From an uncultured Bacilli bacterium (lineage in GTDB: Bacteria > Bacillota_I > Bacilli_A > RF39 > UBA660), in assembly GCA_934096715.1 (NCBI GenBank), contig CAKOMQ010000001.1, forward strand, positions 40,611 to 104,610: a stretch of DNA of 64,000 bases. The letters run 5' to 3'. The position numbers and the translations under genes were made by a program. Of the stretch, positions 27,812 through 38,382 are shown in pieces. Under the pieces are notes generated by a model, which saw only the letters and a program-made list of their open reading frames with translations, did not search any database and had not been told where the DNA came from. Each line of letters opens with the position of its first letter. Position 1 is the first letter of the stretch.

Positions 27812-28835
27812 AATATATGGATTATTTATAGTAATGCTTATTATGCTAACAACTGGATGTGGCACTAATAACTATATTGTAGATAAAGATAATAAACCAA
27901 TTAAATATGAGGTAACTGGACAATATTTACAAAAAAATATATTATGTCAACCTTCAGATAAGGAATTATTCAACTTATACAAGAAATATAACAAACAAAT
28001 GGAAAATAAGGTAGAAAACTTACCAAAGTGTGATGATTATAAAGTAAATTCTAATAAAAGTAATGGATTATGGGAATTCATATTTGTTAAGCCTTTAGCG
28101 TGGTTATTATTAACTACCGGTTCTCTAGTTGGAAACTATGGAGTTGCCGTAATTATTATTGGTATTCTAATTAGATTAGTCGTATTACCATTCTCTATAA
28201 AAACTCAAAGACAAAGTGAAAATATGCGTAAAGCTCAACCAGAACTTGCTCGACTTGAAAAGAAATATCAAAACAGAACTGATCAACAATCAATGATGAT
28301 GAAAAGTCAAGAAATGATGAGTATTTATAAGAAATATAAAATAAGTCCAATGTCTGGATGTTTAATTGCATTCATCCAACTACCTGTATTCTTTGCATTC
28401 TGGCAAGCTATTAATCGTGTACCAGCTATTTTTGAAGGAAGACTTTTTGGTTTCAACTTAGGTATGACACCTTCAACAGGTTTAGCGTTAGGTAATTATT
28501 ACTACATATTACTATTAATATTAATCGCTCTATCTACTTATTTTTCATTCCGTTATTCAATGAAGAGTAATCCAATGCAAAATAATGATATGATGAAACA
28601 GACAAATATGATGGTTAATATAATGACTGTAATGATCATATTTACATCTTTAACATTATCAACAGCGCTTGCATTTTATTGGATAACTACTTATGCTTTT
28701 ATTGCTATTCAAACTTTTATCTTTAGAAGATTGTCTAATAATAAAAATAATGATAAAATAAAAAGTAATAAGAAGGAAAAAATAAAAGATAAAATTAAGG
28801 TTAAAGAAGGTATGAAGTATGGAAAAAATAATTAA
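27801..28835 (+). CDS. yidC: Membrane protein insertase YidC/SpoIIIJ (lipoprotein type)
   Basis: 344 aa. Lipobox LTTGC, five-TM YidC core. Synteny rnpA-yidC-jag. Confidence 0.9.
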   Translation: MKNRIYGLFIVMLIMLTTGCGTNNYIVDKDNKPIKYEVTGQYLQKNILCQPSDKELFNLYKKYNKQMENKVENLPKCDDYKVNSNKSNGLWEFIFVKPLAWLLLTTGSLVGNYGVAVIIIGILIRLVVLPFSIKTQRQSENMRKAQPELARLEKKYQNRTDQQSMMMKSQEMMSIYKKYKISPMSGCLIAFIQLPVFFAFWQAINRVPAIFEGRLFGFNLGMTPSTGLALGNYYYILLLILIALSTYFSFRYSMKSNPMQNNDMMKQTNMMVNIMTVMIIFTSLTLSTALAFYWITTYAFIAIQTFIFRRLSNNKNNDKIKSNKKEKIKDKIKVKEGMKYGKNN

Positions 28836-29427
28836 AGAAGGTAAAGAATTAGAATTAATATTAAAAGAAATTTTAGAAGAAAATAATATTTCTAACGTAG
28901 AATTATATTATAATACATTTAATAAAAAAAGCGGATTATTTGGTAAAAATACTACTATAGTGGTTGAAGCTATAACTAGAAATCAATTAATTGAATATAT
29001 TAAAAATTTTTTAACAGAGTTAACTACTAATTTAGGTGTTGTAGCAAATTTTGAAACTAAGTTTAGAGATGGCACAATTTTTATAAAAATTCATTCTAAT
29101 AATAATGCAGTTCTTATTGGTAAGGGCGGAAACACTATTAAATCTATGGAAATTATTCTAAAGCAATGTATTCAAAATAATTTTGGAATTAGACCATATA
29201 TTTCTCTTGATGTGGAAAACTACAAAGAAAAAAATGAAAGTAGACTTATTCATACTGCCAAAAAAATAGCTAAGGAAGTAAGTTCTACTAAAATGGAAGT
29301 TCATCTTGAACCAATGAGTGCTTATGATCGTAGATTAATTCACAATGCTTTAACTAATTTTAAAGGTATTAAAACTGAAAGTGAAGGAGAAGGAATAAAT
29401 AGACATATTGTTATTAAACCTGAATAA
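28819..29427 (+). CDS. jag: RNA-binding protein Jag/KhpB (KH plus R3H domains)
   Basis: 202 aa. R3H motif region AYDRRLIHNAL. Confidence 0.9.
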   Translation: MEKIIKEGKELELILKEILEENNISNVELYYNTFNKKSGLFGKNTTIVVEAITRNQLIEYIKNFLTELTTNLGVVANFETKFRDGTIFIKIHSNNNAVLIGKGGNTIKSMEIILKQCIQNNFGIRPYISLDVENYKEKNESRLIHTAKKIAKEVSSTKMEVHLEPMSAYDRRLIHNALTNFKGIKTESEGEGINRHIVIKPE

Positions 29428-29452
29428 AAAGCTCTATATAGAGTTTTTTTTT
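29426..29452 (+). terminator. Intrinsic terminator after jag
   Basis: AAAAAGCTCTATATAGAG followed by a T9 run. Confidence 0.7.
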
Positions 29453-29492
29453 AGTTTGTGATAAAATAATTGAATGAAAGGAGACTATTAAT

Positions 29493-30836
29493 ATGAATGA
29501 CACAATAGTTGGACTATCCACAGCTGTTGCAACACAGGCGGTTTCAATTATAAGAGTAAGTGGAAAAGAAAGCATTAAAATAGTAAACAATATATTTAAG
29601 GGAAAAGATTTAGAAAAAGTAGAAAGTCATACTATAAATTATGGCCATATTTTTTATCATGATAAAATTATTGATGAAGTACTTGTAAGTATTATGAAGT
29701 CTCCAAAAACTTATACAAAAGAAGATATAGTAGAAATAAATTCTCATGGTGGAATAAGTACTACAAATAAAATAATTGAAATATTACTAGAGTTAGGATG
29801 TCGTTTGGCAGAACCTGGAGAATTTACCAAAAGAGCTTTTCTTAATGGTCGCATAGATTTAATTGAAGCCGAAGCAATTAATGATTTAATTAATGCCAAA
29901 ACTGAAAAAAATAGAACTCTTGCATTAAATAACATGAATGGTAAACTAACATTTAAAATAAATGAAATTCGTGAAGAATTAATTAAAATAATTTCTAATA
30001 TTGAAGTTAATATAGACTATCCAGAATACGAAGATATTAATGTTGTTACTACTAAAAAGATTGTTGACACTATTACAAAATTAAAAAGTGAACTAGAAAA
30101 ACTATTAAAAGATAGCAAAGATTCTAAATTAATCAAAAATGGAATTAATGTTGCTATTATTGGTAAGCCTAACGTTGGTAAGAGTAGTATTTTAAATCAT
30201 TTATTAGAAGAAGACAAAGCAATAGTAACGGATATTGCTGGTACAACTAGAGATATAGTAGAAGGCCAAATTTTAATTAATGGAGCTTTAATTAATTTAA
30301 TAGATACAGCAGGTATCCGTGAAACAAATGATTTAGTTGAGAAAATAGGTGTTAAGAAAAGTTTAGATTATATAGATAAATCTGATTTAGTTTTAATTGT
30401 TCTAAATAATAACGAAGAATTATCTTCTGAAGATAAAGAAATTATTGAACAAGTAAGTGATACTAAAAGATTAATTTTTGTTAATAAAAACGATTTATCT
30501 AATAAATTACATCTAGATTATAAATATGTAACTGGTAATACTATTAATCAAGATGGGCTTGATAATTTAAAAAATGCAATAATTAAGAAATTTGAACTAG
30601 ATAATATTATGGAAAAAGATATTTCATACGTATCAAATATTAGACAAGTTAATCATATTAAAGATGCTCTAAATAGTATTAACAGTGCTTTAGATAATAT
30701 TAATAAAGATATTTCAATTGATATAATAGAGATCGATTTAAGAAGTGCTTGGGAATCTTTAGGAGATATAATTGGTGCTAATTATAACGAAGAACTTATA
30801 GATAATCTATTTGCAAATTTTTGTTTAGGAAAGTAG
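29493..30836 (+). CDS. mnmE: tRNA modification GTPase MnmE
   Basis: 447 aa. G1 GKPNVGKSS, C-terminal CLGK. Confidence 0.95.
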   Translation: MNDTIVGLSTAVATQAVSIIRVSGKESIKIVNNIFKGKDLEKVESHTINYGHIFYHDKIIDEVLVSIMKSPKTYTKEDIVEINSHGGISTTNKIIEILLELGCRLAEPGEFTKRAFLNGRIDLIEAEAINDLINAKTEKNRTLALNNMNGKLTFKINEIREELIKIISNIEVNIDYPEYEDINVVTTKKIVDTITKLKSELEKLLKDSKDSKLIKNGINVAIIGKPNVGKSSILNHLLEEDKAIVTDIAGTTRDIVEGQILINGALINLIDTAGIRETNDLVEKIGVKKSLDYIDKSDLVLIVLNNNEELSSEDKEIIEQVSDTKRLIFVNKNDLSNKLHLDYKYVTGNTINQDGLDNLKNAIIKKFELDNIMEKDISYVSNIRQVNHIKDALNSINSALDNINKDISIDIIEIDLRSAWESLGDIIGANYNEELIDNLFANFCLGK

Positions 30837-30845
30837 GTGTAAATA

Positions 30846-32708
30846 ATGTATGATGTAATTGTCGTTGGTGGCGGACATGCTGGTTGTGAAGCTAGTAACA
30901 TTACAAGTAGAATGGGTTTAAAAACTCTTTTAATTACTATAAATATAAATAATATCGCTGATATGCCATGTAATCCTTCAATTGGTGGATCTGCTAAAGG
31001 AATAATTGTTAGAGAAATTGACGCTTTAGGTGGACTTATGGGTAAGGTAGCTGATAAAAGTTTATTTCAAATTAAAATGTTAAATAGTTCAAAAGGTCCC
31101 GCTGTTATGGCTTTAAGAGCTCAAGCAGATAAAAAAGTATATCCTAAAGTAATGCTAGAATATTTAAATCAAAATAAACTTTTAGATATTAAAGAAAGTA
31201 TTGTAGAAGATCTACTAATAGAAGATAATGCCATAAAAGGCGTTTTATTAGAAGATGGAACTAAAATAAATAGTAAATCAGTAATATTAACAACTGGTAC
31301 ATATTTAAAATCTAATATATTAAAAGGTTCTAAAAGTATTCCTGAAGGACCACATGGAGAAAAAAGAAGTAATAAATTAAGTGATAATTTAAAAAAATAT
31401 GGATTTGATATTATTAGATTAAAAACAGGAACTCCTCCTAGAATTAAGAAAGATTCTATTAATTTTGATGTTTTAAAGGAAGAACTTGGAGATAATGAAT
31501 ATCACACTTTTAGTTTTGACTTACTTCCCCAATATAAAATAGAAGAACAACAAAAATGTTATTTATTATACACAAATAAATTAACTCACGAAATAATAAA
31601 TAAAAATTTACAAGAAAGTGCAATGTACGGTGGATATGCAACCGGAATAGGTCCAAGATATTGTCCTTCTATCGAAGATAAAGTAGTTCGCTTTAGTGAT
31701 AAAGAAAGACATCAACTATTTCTAGAACCTGAAAGTCTATATTATGATGAATGGTATTTACAAGGATTTTCAACTAGTATGCCAGAAAACATTCAAGAAG
31801 ATATGGTTCACAGTCTTTCAGGATTAGAAAATGCTGTAATCACTAAGTATGCTTATGCAATTGAGTATGATGCAATTAATTCTACACAAATAAATCCTAC
31901 ACTTGAATCAAAATTAATTGAAAATCTTTATACAGCTGGTCAAATTAATGGTACAAGTGGCTATGAAGAAGCTGCTGGTCAAGGAATAGTAGCAGGTATT
32001 AATGCAGGTTTAAAACTTAAAAATAAAGAGCCATTAGTTTTAAAAAGAAGTGATGCATATATTGGTGTTTTAATAGATGACTTAGTAACTAAAGGAGTAA
32101 AAGACCCTTACAGAATGCTTACTAGTAGAGCTGAATTTAGACTTTTATTAAGACACGATAATGCTGATTTAAGACTTCGTAAATATGGATATGAAGCCGG
32201 TGTTATAGATGAAGAACAATATAAGAGATTAATTACTAAAGAAAATAATATTTCTAATTTAATAAAAGAATTAAAAGACACTAATATTAAAGTAAATAAA
32301 GATTTTAGTGATTTATTTAATAATTATAAACTTTCTATTCCTACAAGTAATATAACTTATTATGATTTGTTAAAAAGACCTGAAATAAATTTTGATATAC
32401 TTGATAAGCTTCATTATTTTAATTACTCAGATGAAGTTAAAGACGAAGTTTATATCGAAACTAAATATATTGGTTACATTAATAAAGAGTTAAAAGAAGT
32501 AGAAAAATTAAAAAAATTAGAAGAAAAGAAAATACCTAAAGACATTAATTATGACAATGTTAGAAATTTAGCTAGTGAAGCAAGACAAAAATTAAAAGAA
32601 ATAAGACCAATTACTCTAGGACAAGCATCTAGAATAAGTGGGGTTAATCCTGTAGATATCTCTTTATTAGGTATATATTTAAAGAAAGAATATAATAAAA
32701 ATGACTAA
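30846..32708 (+). CDS. mnmG: tRNA uridine 5-carboxymethylaminomethyl modification enzyme MnmG
   Basis: 620 aa. FAD motif VVGGGHAGCEA. Confidence 0.97.
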   Translation: MYDVIVVGGGHAGCEASNITSRMGLKTLLITININNIADMPCNPSIGGSAKGIIVREIDALGGLMGKVADKSLFQIKMLNSSKGPAVMALRAQADKKVYPKVMLEYLNQNKLLDIKESIVEDLLIEDNAIKGVLLEDGTKINSKSVILTTGTYLKSNILKGSKSIPEGPHGEKRSNKLSDNLKKYGFDIIRLKTGTPPRIKKDSINFDVLKEELGDNEYHTFSFDLLPQYKIEEQQKCYLLYTNKLTHEIINKNLQESAMYGGYATGIGPRYCPSIEDKVVRFSDKERHQLFLEPESLYYDEWYLQGFSTSMPENIQEDMVHSLSGLENAVITKYAYAIEYDAINSTQINPTLESKLIENLYTAGQINGTSGYEEAAGQGIVAGINAGLKLKNKEPLVLKRSDAYIGVLIDDLVTKGVKDPYRMLTSRAEFRLLLRHDNADLRLRKYGYEAGVIDEEQYKRLITKENNISNLIKELKDTNIKVNKDFSDLFNNYKLSIPTSNITYYDLLKRPEINFDILDKLHYFNYSDEVKDEVYIETKYIGYINKELKEVEKLKKLEEKKIPKDINYDNVRNLASEARQKLKEIRPITLGQASRISGVNPVDISLLGIYLKKEYNKND

Positions 32709-33408
32709 AGAAGAATTTATTAAAGAATTAGAAAATCTTGGTATTCTAGTAAATGAAGAAATACTAAATAAATTAGATATTCTTACTAACGAGTTAATAA
32801 ACTATAACAAACATACAAATTTAACTAGAATTTTAGAAATCAATGATATATATCTTAAACATTATTATGATAGCTTAACCATTACTAAAATTATTGATTT
32901 AACTAAAATTAGCTATCTTATTGATTTAGGTACGGGTGCTGGATTTCCCGGTTTAATTATTAAGATTTTTTATCCAAATGTTGATGTTACATTGCTTGAC
33001 TCAAATATTAAAAAGATAACATGGTTAAAACATATTACTAACATTTTAAATATAAAGGTTAACATAATACATGATCGAATTGAAAATTATAGTAAGAATC
33101 ATTTAAATTATTATGATGTTGTCACATCACGTGCAGTTGCTAATTTAAGAGTACTTGCTGAACTTTCACTACCCCTTGTTAAAACAGATGGTTATTTTAT
33201 TCCTTTAAAAGCAAATTTAGATAATGAAATGGACGACTTAACTGGTACGCTAAATCATTTTTCAGCCGAGTTAATTGATAAAAAATCTTTTACTCTAATT
33301 AACGAAGGTAGCACTAGAAATATTCTAAAATATAAGAAAAATATTAATTCAAATATTAATGATATTAGATCTTACGATAAAATTTTAAAAAAGCCATTGA
33401 AAAAATGA
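32701..33408 (+). CDS. rsmG: 16S rRNA (guanine527-N7)-methyltransferase
   Basis: 235 aa. SAM motif DLGTGAGFPG. Confidence 0.95.
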   Translation: MTKEEFIKELENLGILVNEEILNKLDILTNELINYNKHTNLTRILEINDIYLKHYYDSLTITKIIDLTKISYLIDLGTGAGFPGLIIKIFYPNVDVTLLDSNIKKITWLKHITNILNIKVNIIHDRIENYSKNHLNYYDVVTSRAVANLRVLAELSLPLVKTDGYFIPLKANLDNEMDDLTGTLNHFSAELIDKKSFTLINEGSTRNILKYKKNINSNINDIRSYDKILKKPLKK

Positions 33409-33453
33409 CTTTTTTAAGTTATTATATTATATATAGAACAAGGGGAAGATAAT

Positions 33454-34413
33454 GTGAATAGAGAGTCACAAATTTTACAAGTGCCTATTGAAGATATTAT
33501 ACCTAATCGTTTTCAACCACGATTAAATTTTGACGACTCTTCATTACAGGAGTTAGCGGCATCAATTAAACAACATGGTATAATTCAACCACTAGTATTA
33601 AGAAAAACAGGAGATAAATATGAAATAATTGCTGGAGAAAGAAGATATAAAGCATCTCAAATAGCTGGTCTTGCAAGTGTTCCCGCAATTATAACTCAAA
33701 TGGATGATAAAAAATCTGCTGAAGTAGCAATTGTTGAAAATATTCAAAGAAGAGATTTATCTAGTATAGAAGAAGCAAGAAGTTATAAAGCATTACTAGA
33801 TAAGGGATACCTAACTCAAGAAGATTTAGCTAAACAAATGGGTATTAGTCAATCGCAAATTTCTAATAAACTAAGATTATTAACTTTAACTGAAGAAGTT
33901 CAACAAGCTTTGATGGAAGGAAAAATTTCCGAAAGACACGCACGAAGTCTACTTCAAGTAACAGATCCAGAAGAGCAAAAAAAATGGTTAGAAAAAATAA
34001 TTACAGAAAGACTAACTGTAAGAGATTTAGAGAAAAAGATTAAAGGAAAAGAAGATAATAATCAACCCATAATTAATATTAATCCAAACATTGAAGATAT
34101 AGTTAAAAATGCTCATGACATAGTAAATTCTTCGATTACTAAACAAACAGAATCAGCTACTCCTGAAGAGAAAATGGAAAACAAATTCTTTAACCCTTTA
34201 GAAAGTGTTTCAGTAAATATGAATTTAAATGATACTCCAGGTGAAGAAGTAGAATTACTAGATTTTGAATTACCTTCTAATATAATTAGAGATGATAAAA
34301 ATGAATTAATTATTAAAATTAAAAATTATATTAATAGTTTAAATAATAATAGAATTAAAATTAATGAGTCAGATATTGACAATAAACATCAAATTATTAT
34401 TACAATAGAATAA
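33454..34413 (+). CDS. noc: ParB/Noc-family CTPase DNA-binding protein, Noc-type recognition helix, no N-terminal membrane-targeting helix
   Basis: 319 aa. GTG start behind AGGGGAAG. NRFQPR and GERRYKA ParB boxes. HTH region SQSQISNKLRLL..ISERHARSLL and LSSIEEA resemble B. subtilis Noc rather than Spo0J (recalled from memory). Sits directly after rsmG, as noc does. Confidence 0.75.
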   Translation: MNRESQILQVPIEDIIPNRFQPRLNFDDSSLQELAASIKQHGIIQPLVLRKTGDKYEIIAGERRYKASQIAGLASVPAIITQMDDKKSAEVAIVENIQRRDLSSIEEARSYKALLDKGYLTQEDLAKQMGISQSQISNKLRLLTLTEEVQQALMEGKISERHARSLLQVTDPEEQKKWLEKIITERLTVRDLEKKIKGKEDNNQPIININPNIEDIVKNAHDIVNSSITKQTESATPEEKMENKFFNPLESVSVNMNLNDTPGEEVELLDFELPSNIIRDDKNELIIKIKNYINSLNNNRIKINESDIDNKHQIIITIE

Positions 34414-34442
34414 AAAACATCAATTTGAAGTGATGTTTTTTT
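34412..34442 (+). terminator. Terminator hairpin between convergent noc and PBP genes
   Basis: AAAAAACATCA..TGATGTTTTTTT. Overlaps the last codons of the minus-strand PBP gene. Confidence 0.6.
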
Positions 34443-36387
34443 CATTATTTTCTTTATTAACTATTTGCGCTTTAGTTGGTTCTGTACCTGCAACATAATA
34501 AAACATACTTGCTTTATTTACATCAGTAGTAATTGTTCCTGTTACACTATTTAACATTACTCCTACTACATTTTTTGGAGTTTCATACCAACTATTTCTT
34601 TTTTTTATTTGCTCCATTGTATCAGCCCAAACATTCTTTCCGAGTGACCCATATCCTTTAGTAAATTCCCTATTATCATCATATCCTGACCAAATTAACA
34701 TAAGCTCATCTGGATTATACCCTACACACCAATAATCTCCGTCAGTAGTACCAGTTTTAATAGAGTATTTTTGACTTAATTTACCCGCAATAGACAACGC
34801 TGTTGGATTTGTATAATCTTTAAATGTCGGATTAGTTGTATTTGTAAGAAGTTCATTTAATATATAAGTATAGTTAGGATTCAGAACAAGTTGTTTATTA
34901 CTTTTATGTTCATATATAACATTATCATTTTTATCAGTTATTTTTTTAATAAAATATAAATCTTTTTTATATCCACCACTAGCAAGTGTGGAATAGCCTC
35001 TAGCATAATCTAACATAGTTATTTCACTAGTTCCTAATGCCAATGAAGCATTCTTTTTAAGTTCTTCTCTAATACCTGCCCTATTTGCAATTTCAATTAA
35101 TGAATCTACTCCTAGAAATAAATTAGTTTTTACTGCATAAACATTATCAGAAAACGCAATAGCGGCAGCCATAGTTATTTCTTTATTAGCATATAAATTA
35201 CCGTAATTAGAAGGAGAATATGAATTTTTATTATTTATATTAAAAGTTGTCATTTCACTTTTAAAAGTAGAAGACGATGTCATATTATTTTCTAGTGCTG
35301 CATAATAAAGAAAAGGTTTCATAGTTGAACCCACTTGCCTTTTAGCTTTAGTTGCCCTATTAAATTCACTTAAAGCATAGTCCCTACCCCCAGTTAATGC
35401 TTCAATTTCTCCTGTACTAGGATTAGTTATAATACTTGCTACTTGTAATTCTTCAACATCTCCAAAATACTTAAGAATATTATTTTCTAAAGCAGTTTGC
35501 TTTTCCATATCTAAACAAGTATAAATTTTAAGTCCCCCCTTCTCTAGTATCTCTCTATTTATACCTAAGTTAGATAGTTCATCAATAACAGCATCTTGAT
35601 AATACATTAGCATTTGTAAGTTATTACTTTCTGATTTACCATAAATCTCTACACTATCAAAATCTAACTTATCATATTCATCTTTAGTTAATTTATTTTC
35701 TTTATACATAAGCTTAGCAACTATTCTTGCTCTTTTTATACATTCTTCTTTATTACTAACTGGATTATAATTATTAGGGCTCTTTGGTATACCTGCTAAC
35801 ATTATTGATTCTTCAAGTGTTAATTCACTTACTTTTTTATTAAAATAGTAGCTACTCGCATTACTTATTCCATAGTTTCCTTGCCCATAGTTTATTGTAT
35901 TTAAATATGCTTCTAAAATATCATCTTTATCGTATTGCATTTCTGTAATAATAGTTAAAAATGCTTCCTTCCCTTTTCTTTCCCATGTCTTATCAAAATC
36001 TAAATACAAATTTTTAACAAGTTGTTGAGTAATAGTAGACGCTCCTTCTACTATTCTTTTACTTTTCATATTATTCATAAGCGCTTTTCCAATTCTAAGT
36101 ACATCAAAGCCATAATGGTTATAAAAATTTTTATCTTCAATTGATATAACTGCATCTTTAGTTTCTTTTTTTATTTCCTTAATATCTATCCAACTCTTAG
36201 AACTACTTCCTTGATAAATTATGTTATCTTTATTATCGTATATGAAGTAAGTCCCACTAGATTCTATATTAAGTTTAGGAGAAATACTAGCGTATATATA
36301 GACACCAAGATAGCTAACTAAAACAAAAATAAATATAAAAGTCATCAATTTTATTAGTACTTTAAAAGCTTTCATTTTCTTCACCAA
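34420..36387 (-). CDS. Bifunctional class A penicillin-binding protein (transglycosylase/transpeptidase)
   Basis: 655 aa. N-terminal TM, GT51 motifs EDKNFYNHYGFD and GASTITQQL, transpeptidase STMKP. Confidence 0.9.
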   Translation of the reverse strand: MVKKMKAFKVLIKLMTFIFIFVLVSYLGVYIYASISPKLNIESSGTYFIYDNKDNIIYQGSSSKSWIDIKEIKKETKDAVISIEDKNFYNHYGFDVLRIGKALMNNMKSKRIVEGASTITQQLVKNLYLDFDKTWERKGKEAFLTIITEMQYDKDDILEAYLNTINYGQGNYGISNASSYYFNKKVSELTLEESIMLAGIPKSPNNYNPVSNKEECIKRARIVAKLMYKENKLTKDEYDKLDFDSVEIYGKSESNNLQMLMYYQDAVIDELSNLGINREILEKGGLKIYTCLDMEKQTALENNILKYFGDVEELQVASIITNPSTGEIEALTGGRDYALSEFNRATKAKRQVGSTMKPFLYYAALENNMTSSSTFKSEMTTFNINNKNSYSPSNYGNLYANKEITMAAAIAFSDNVYAVKTNLFLGVDSLIEIANRAGIREELKKNASLALGTSEITMLDYARGYSTLASGGYKKDLYFIKKITDKNDNVIYEHKSNKQLVLNPNYTYILNELLTNTTNPTFKDYTNPTALSIAGKLSQKYSIKTGTTDGDYWCVGYNPDELMLIWSGYDDNREFTKGYGSLGKNVWADTMEQIKKRNSWYETPKNVVGVMLNSVTGTITTDVNKASMFYYVAGTEPTKAQIVNKENNEKNITSN

Positions 36388-36452
36388 TTATAGTATGTAA
36401 AAAAAATAAAAAAATATAATGCAAATCAATATATAATGTGCTATAATTTTGC

Positions 36453-36803
36453 TTGTTAAAAAAGAGGTGTTGCAATATCAACAATATTAATGTAAAATTA
36501 TTTCTTGATAATGAATTATTAATTAATAAGAATTATCCAGTAGAGGAGTCCAATAATATATTATCTTATAAAGATGAAAATATTACTACTTTTATTGATC
36601 TTGATAAAAAAGTGTTATCAAGAGAAGGCGAAGATTATTTATTTGTTTTAGATATTATTAATAGGATGATATCATATACATTAAAAGAAACCAATCATAC
36701 ATTTTATATGAACGATATTGTTTGCAGTATAGATAATGAAAAAGAAATCATAATAGAGTATGATTTTGATGGTAATAGAAAACTAATAATTAAATATATA
36801 TAA
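36453..36803 (+). CDS. Hypothetical protein (possibly DUF1934-like)
   Basis: 116 aa ORF upstream of rpoE. No motif recognised and the start codon is unclear. Confidence 0.35.
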   Translation: MLKKRCCNINNINVKLFLDNELLINKNYPVEESNNILSYKDENITTFIDLDKKVLSREGEDYLFVLDIINRMISYTLKETNHTFYMNDIVCSIDNEKEIIIEYDFDGNRKLIIKYI

Positions 36804-36814
36804 AGGAGATAAAT

Positions 36815-37255
36815 ATGAAATTAAAAGATTTAACTAAAGAAGAAATTGAAACTATGAGCTACGATGATTTAGCATATTTAATTTTGGAAGAAAATGGAAA
36901 GAAAATGAAACTCTTAGATATTTTCAAAAAAATAGCTAAAGTATTAAATATGTCTGACGAAGAAAGAGATGATAAATTAGTTGCGTTCTTTGAATTATTA
37001 AGCACTAATAAACAATTTGCAATGCTTGATAAAGGCTATTGGGATTTATCTCATAAACATATGAAGAGTGTAGTAGTTGAAGACGATGAAGATATTGATA
37101 TTGATCAAATTGATGGTGAAGATAAAGAAATAGATAATGAAATAATTGAAGATGATGAAGATTATTATGGTGATGAAGATGAAGATCAAGACAATGATGA
37201 TGATTTAAGTGATCTTGTAGTTATTGAACCTGAAGATGAAACAAGTTTAGAATAA
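36815..37255 (+). CDS. rpoE: DNA-directed RNA polymerase delta subunit
   Basis: 146 aa. HARE-HTH N-domain (MSYDDLAYLILEE..) and a poly-acidic C-terminal tail. Confidence 0.9.
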   Translation: MKLKDLTKEEIETMSYDDLAYLILEENGKKMKLLDIFKKIAKVLNMSDEERDDKLVAFFELLSTNKQFAMLDKGYWDLSHKHMKSVVVEDDEDIDIDQIDGEDKEIDNEIIEDDEDYYGDEDEDQDNDDDLSDLVVIEPEDETSLE

Positions 37256-37268
37256 TACTTGTTTTTTT
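37241..37268 (+). terminator. Intrinsic terminator after rpoE
   Basis: ACAAGT..ACTTGT stem followed by a T-run. Confidence 0.55.
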
Positions 37269-37311
37269 AAAATGAAGTCTGTTATAATTTAGAAAGAAAA
37301 GGTGATTTATA

Positions 37312-38382
37312 ATGATCGAACGTTTAGAAGAAGTACAAAAAAAATATAATGAAATAAAAGATGAATTAGTAAAACCTGAAGTATTAAATGATTACAATAA
37401 GTTAAAAAAATTATCAAAAGAACAAAGTGACTTAGAAGAAATAGTAACTACTTATGAAGAATATAAAAAAGTAAAAGAAGAAATTAAAAGTAATAAAGAG
37501 TTATTAAATGATAAAGATTTAGGCGAAATGGCTCAAATTGAACTAGAAACTTTAGAAGAAAAAGAAAAAGAATTAAATAATAAACTGGAAGTATTACTTG
37601 TCCCAAAGGATGAAAATGATGGAAAAAATGTAATTATTGAAATTCGTGGTGCAGCTGGTGGAGATGAAGCAAATATATTTGCTGGAGATCTATATAGAAT
37701 GTACACTTATTATGCTGAAAAAATGGGTTGGAAAATAGAAGTAATTAACGAAATACCTGGAACGAGTGGAGGATTTTCTCAAGTTGAATTAATGATAAAA
37801 GGTGACAATGTTTACTCAAAATTAAAGTATGAAAGTGGTTCTCATCGTGTTCAAAGAGTTCCGGTAACAGAAACTCAAGGTAGAGTTCATACGTCTACAG
37901 CTACGGTTCTAGTCATGCCAGAAGTAGAAGATGTTAATATAGAAATTAAAGATAGTGATTTAAAAATAGATGTTTATCATTCAAGTGGTGCAGGTGGCCA
38001 ATCTGTTAACACATCTAATTCGGCAGTACGTATTACTCATGTTCCTACAGGGCTTGTTGTGACTTGTCAAACTGAACGTAGCCAGTTAAAAAATAAAGAA
38101 AATGCTATGAAATTATTAAGAATTAGAATGAACGATATGCTAATGGAACAACAAGAAAAAGAACTAGGAAGAGAAAGAAAAACTAAGATTGGTTCTGGAG
38201 ATAGAAGTGAAAAAATAAGAACTTATAACTATCCTCAAAATAGAGTGACTGACCATCGTATAAACTTTTCTATTATGGAACTTGATCGTGTTATGAACGG
38301 TAATTTAGCGCCTATTATAGAGGCTTTAATAACTGAAGATTTACGTCTTAAATTAGCAGGAGTTAAAAGTATTAATGAATGA
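37312..38382 (+). CDS. prfA: Peptide chain release factor 1
   Basis: 356 aa. PVT tripeptide and GGQ motif. Confidence 0.97.
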   Translation: MIERLEEVQKKYNEIKDELVKPEVLNDYNKLKKLSKEQSDLEEIVTTYEEYKKVKEEIKSNKELLNDKDLGEMAQIELETLEEKEKELNNKLEVLLVPKDENDGKNVIIEIRGAAGGDEANIFAGDLYRMYTYYAEKMGWKIEVINEIPGTSGGFSQVELMIKGDNVYSKLKYESGSHRVQRVPVTETQGRVHTSTATVLVMPEVEDVNIEIKDSDLKIDVYHSSGAGGQSVNTSNSAVRITHVPTGLVVTCQTERSQLKNKENAMKLLRIRMNDMLMEQQEKELGRERKTKIGSGDRSEKIRTYNYPQNRVTDHRINFSIMELDRVMNGNLAPIIEALITEDLRLKLAGVKSINE

